A stretch of DNA of 64,000 bases from Carcharhinus amblyrhynchos. Taxonomy: Eukaryota. Shown one piece after another: positions 63,551 to 64,000 of this stretch. Position numbers and translations under genes: made by a program. Every line of letters begins with the position of its first letter. Within the stretch, counting starts at the first letter, position 1. The stretch covers positions 31,620,001 through 31,684,000 of the forward strand of contig OZ336883.1 of assembly GCA_965287045.1 (NCBI GenBank). Direction: 5' to 3'. A model generated the notes under the pieces. That model was not told the DNA's origin. It was given only the letters and a program-made list of their open reading frames with translations, and ran no database searches.

Positions 63551-64000
63551 CATAAGACATAGGAGCAGAATTAGGCCACTCGGCCCATTGAGTCTGCTCT
63601 GCCATTCAATCATGGCTGATATTTTTCTCATCCCCATTCTCCTGCCTTTTTCCCATCCCCGTTCTCCTGCCTTTTTCCCATAACCTCCTGACCCCCTTAT
63701 TAATCAAGAACCTATCTCCCTTTGTCTTAAAGACACTCAAGAGGGCTTCCAAGACCTCTGCGGCAAAGAGATCCACAGATTCACCACACTCTCGCTGAAG
63801 ACATTCCTCTTCGTCTGTGTTTTAAAGGATTGTCCCTTTAGCCTGAAGTTGTGCCCTCTGGTTCCAATTTTTCCTACTAGTGGAAACACCCTCTCCACAT
63901 CCACTTTATCCAGGCCTCACAGTATCCTGTAAGTTTCAATAAGATCCCTCCTCATCTTTCTAAACTCCAACAATTTCAAGCCCAGCCATTCCTTATACGA
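63551..64000 (-). mobile_element. Relatively young CR1 LINE 3' end with a ~27-bp tandem duplication
   Basis: cataagacataggagcagaattaggccactcggccc; catccccattctcctgccttttttcc is repeated. Confidence 0.85.

Noticed and set aside
54518-64000. The 45-nt exon (human LPTEYERNGRYEGSS) and the terminal KA1 exon
   Set aside because: Not found by eye; they probably lie downstream of the window, which fits the exon order recalled for MARK4.

Overview
Eukaryotic, AT-rich vertebrate DNA, most likely from a shark or other cartilaginous fish, judged from the HE1/V-SINE, DeuSINE, CR1, Rex1 and Penelope-like repeat content. The whole window lies inside one + strand gene, MARK3 (MAP/microtubule affinity-regulating kinase 3, Par-1a/C-TAK1). 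I resolved 15 GT-AG exons, covering most of the kinase domain, the UBA domain and the spacer; the N-terminus and the C-terminal KA1 domain fall outside the window. Highlights: (1) an 80-nt frame-shifting exon at 62172-62251 that resembles the MARK4S-specific exon, suggesting a KA1-less 'MARK3S' isoform; (2) a 195-nt MARK1/MARK2-type cassette exon that I do not recall in canonical human MARK3; (3) a 27-nt microexon with a UGC enhancer motif; (4) two palindromic Penelope-like insertions (about 1.25 kb and 222 bp) with minimal hammerhead ribozymes, the same 36-nt one-sided tail and 12-bp target-site duplications; (5) a decayed Ty1/copia element with a tRNA-iMet primer-binding site. Exon numbering follows human MARK3 as I recall it. 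Repeat boundaries are approximate and all homologies were recognised by eye, not by database search.
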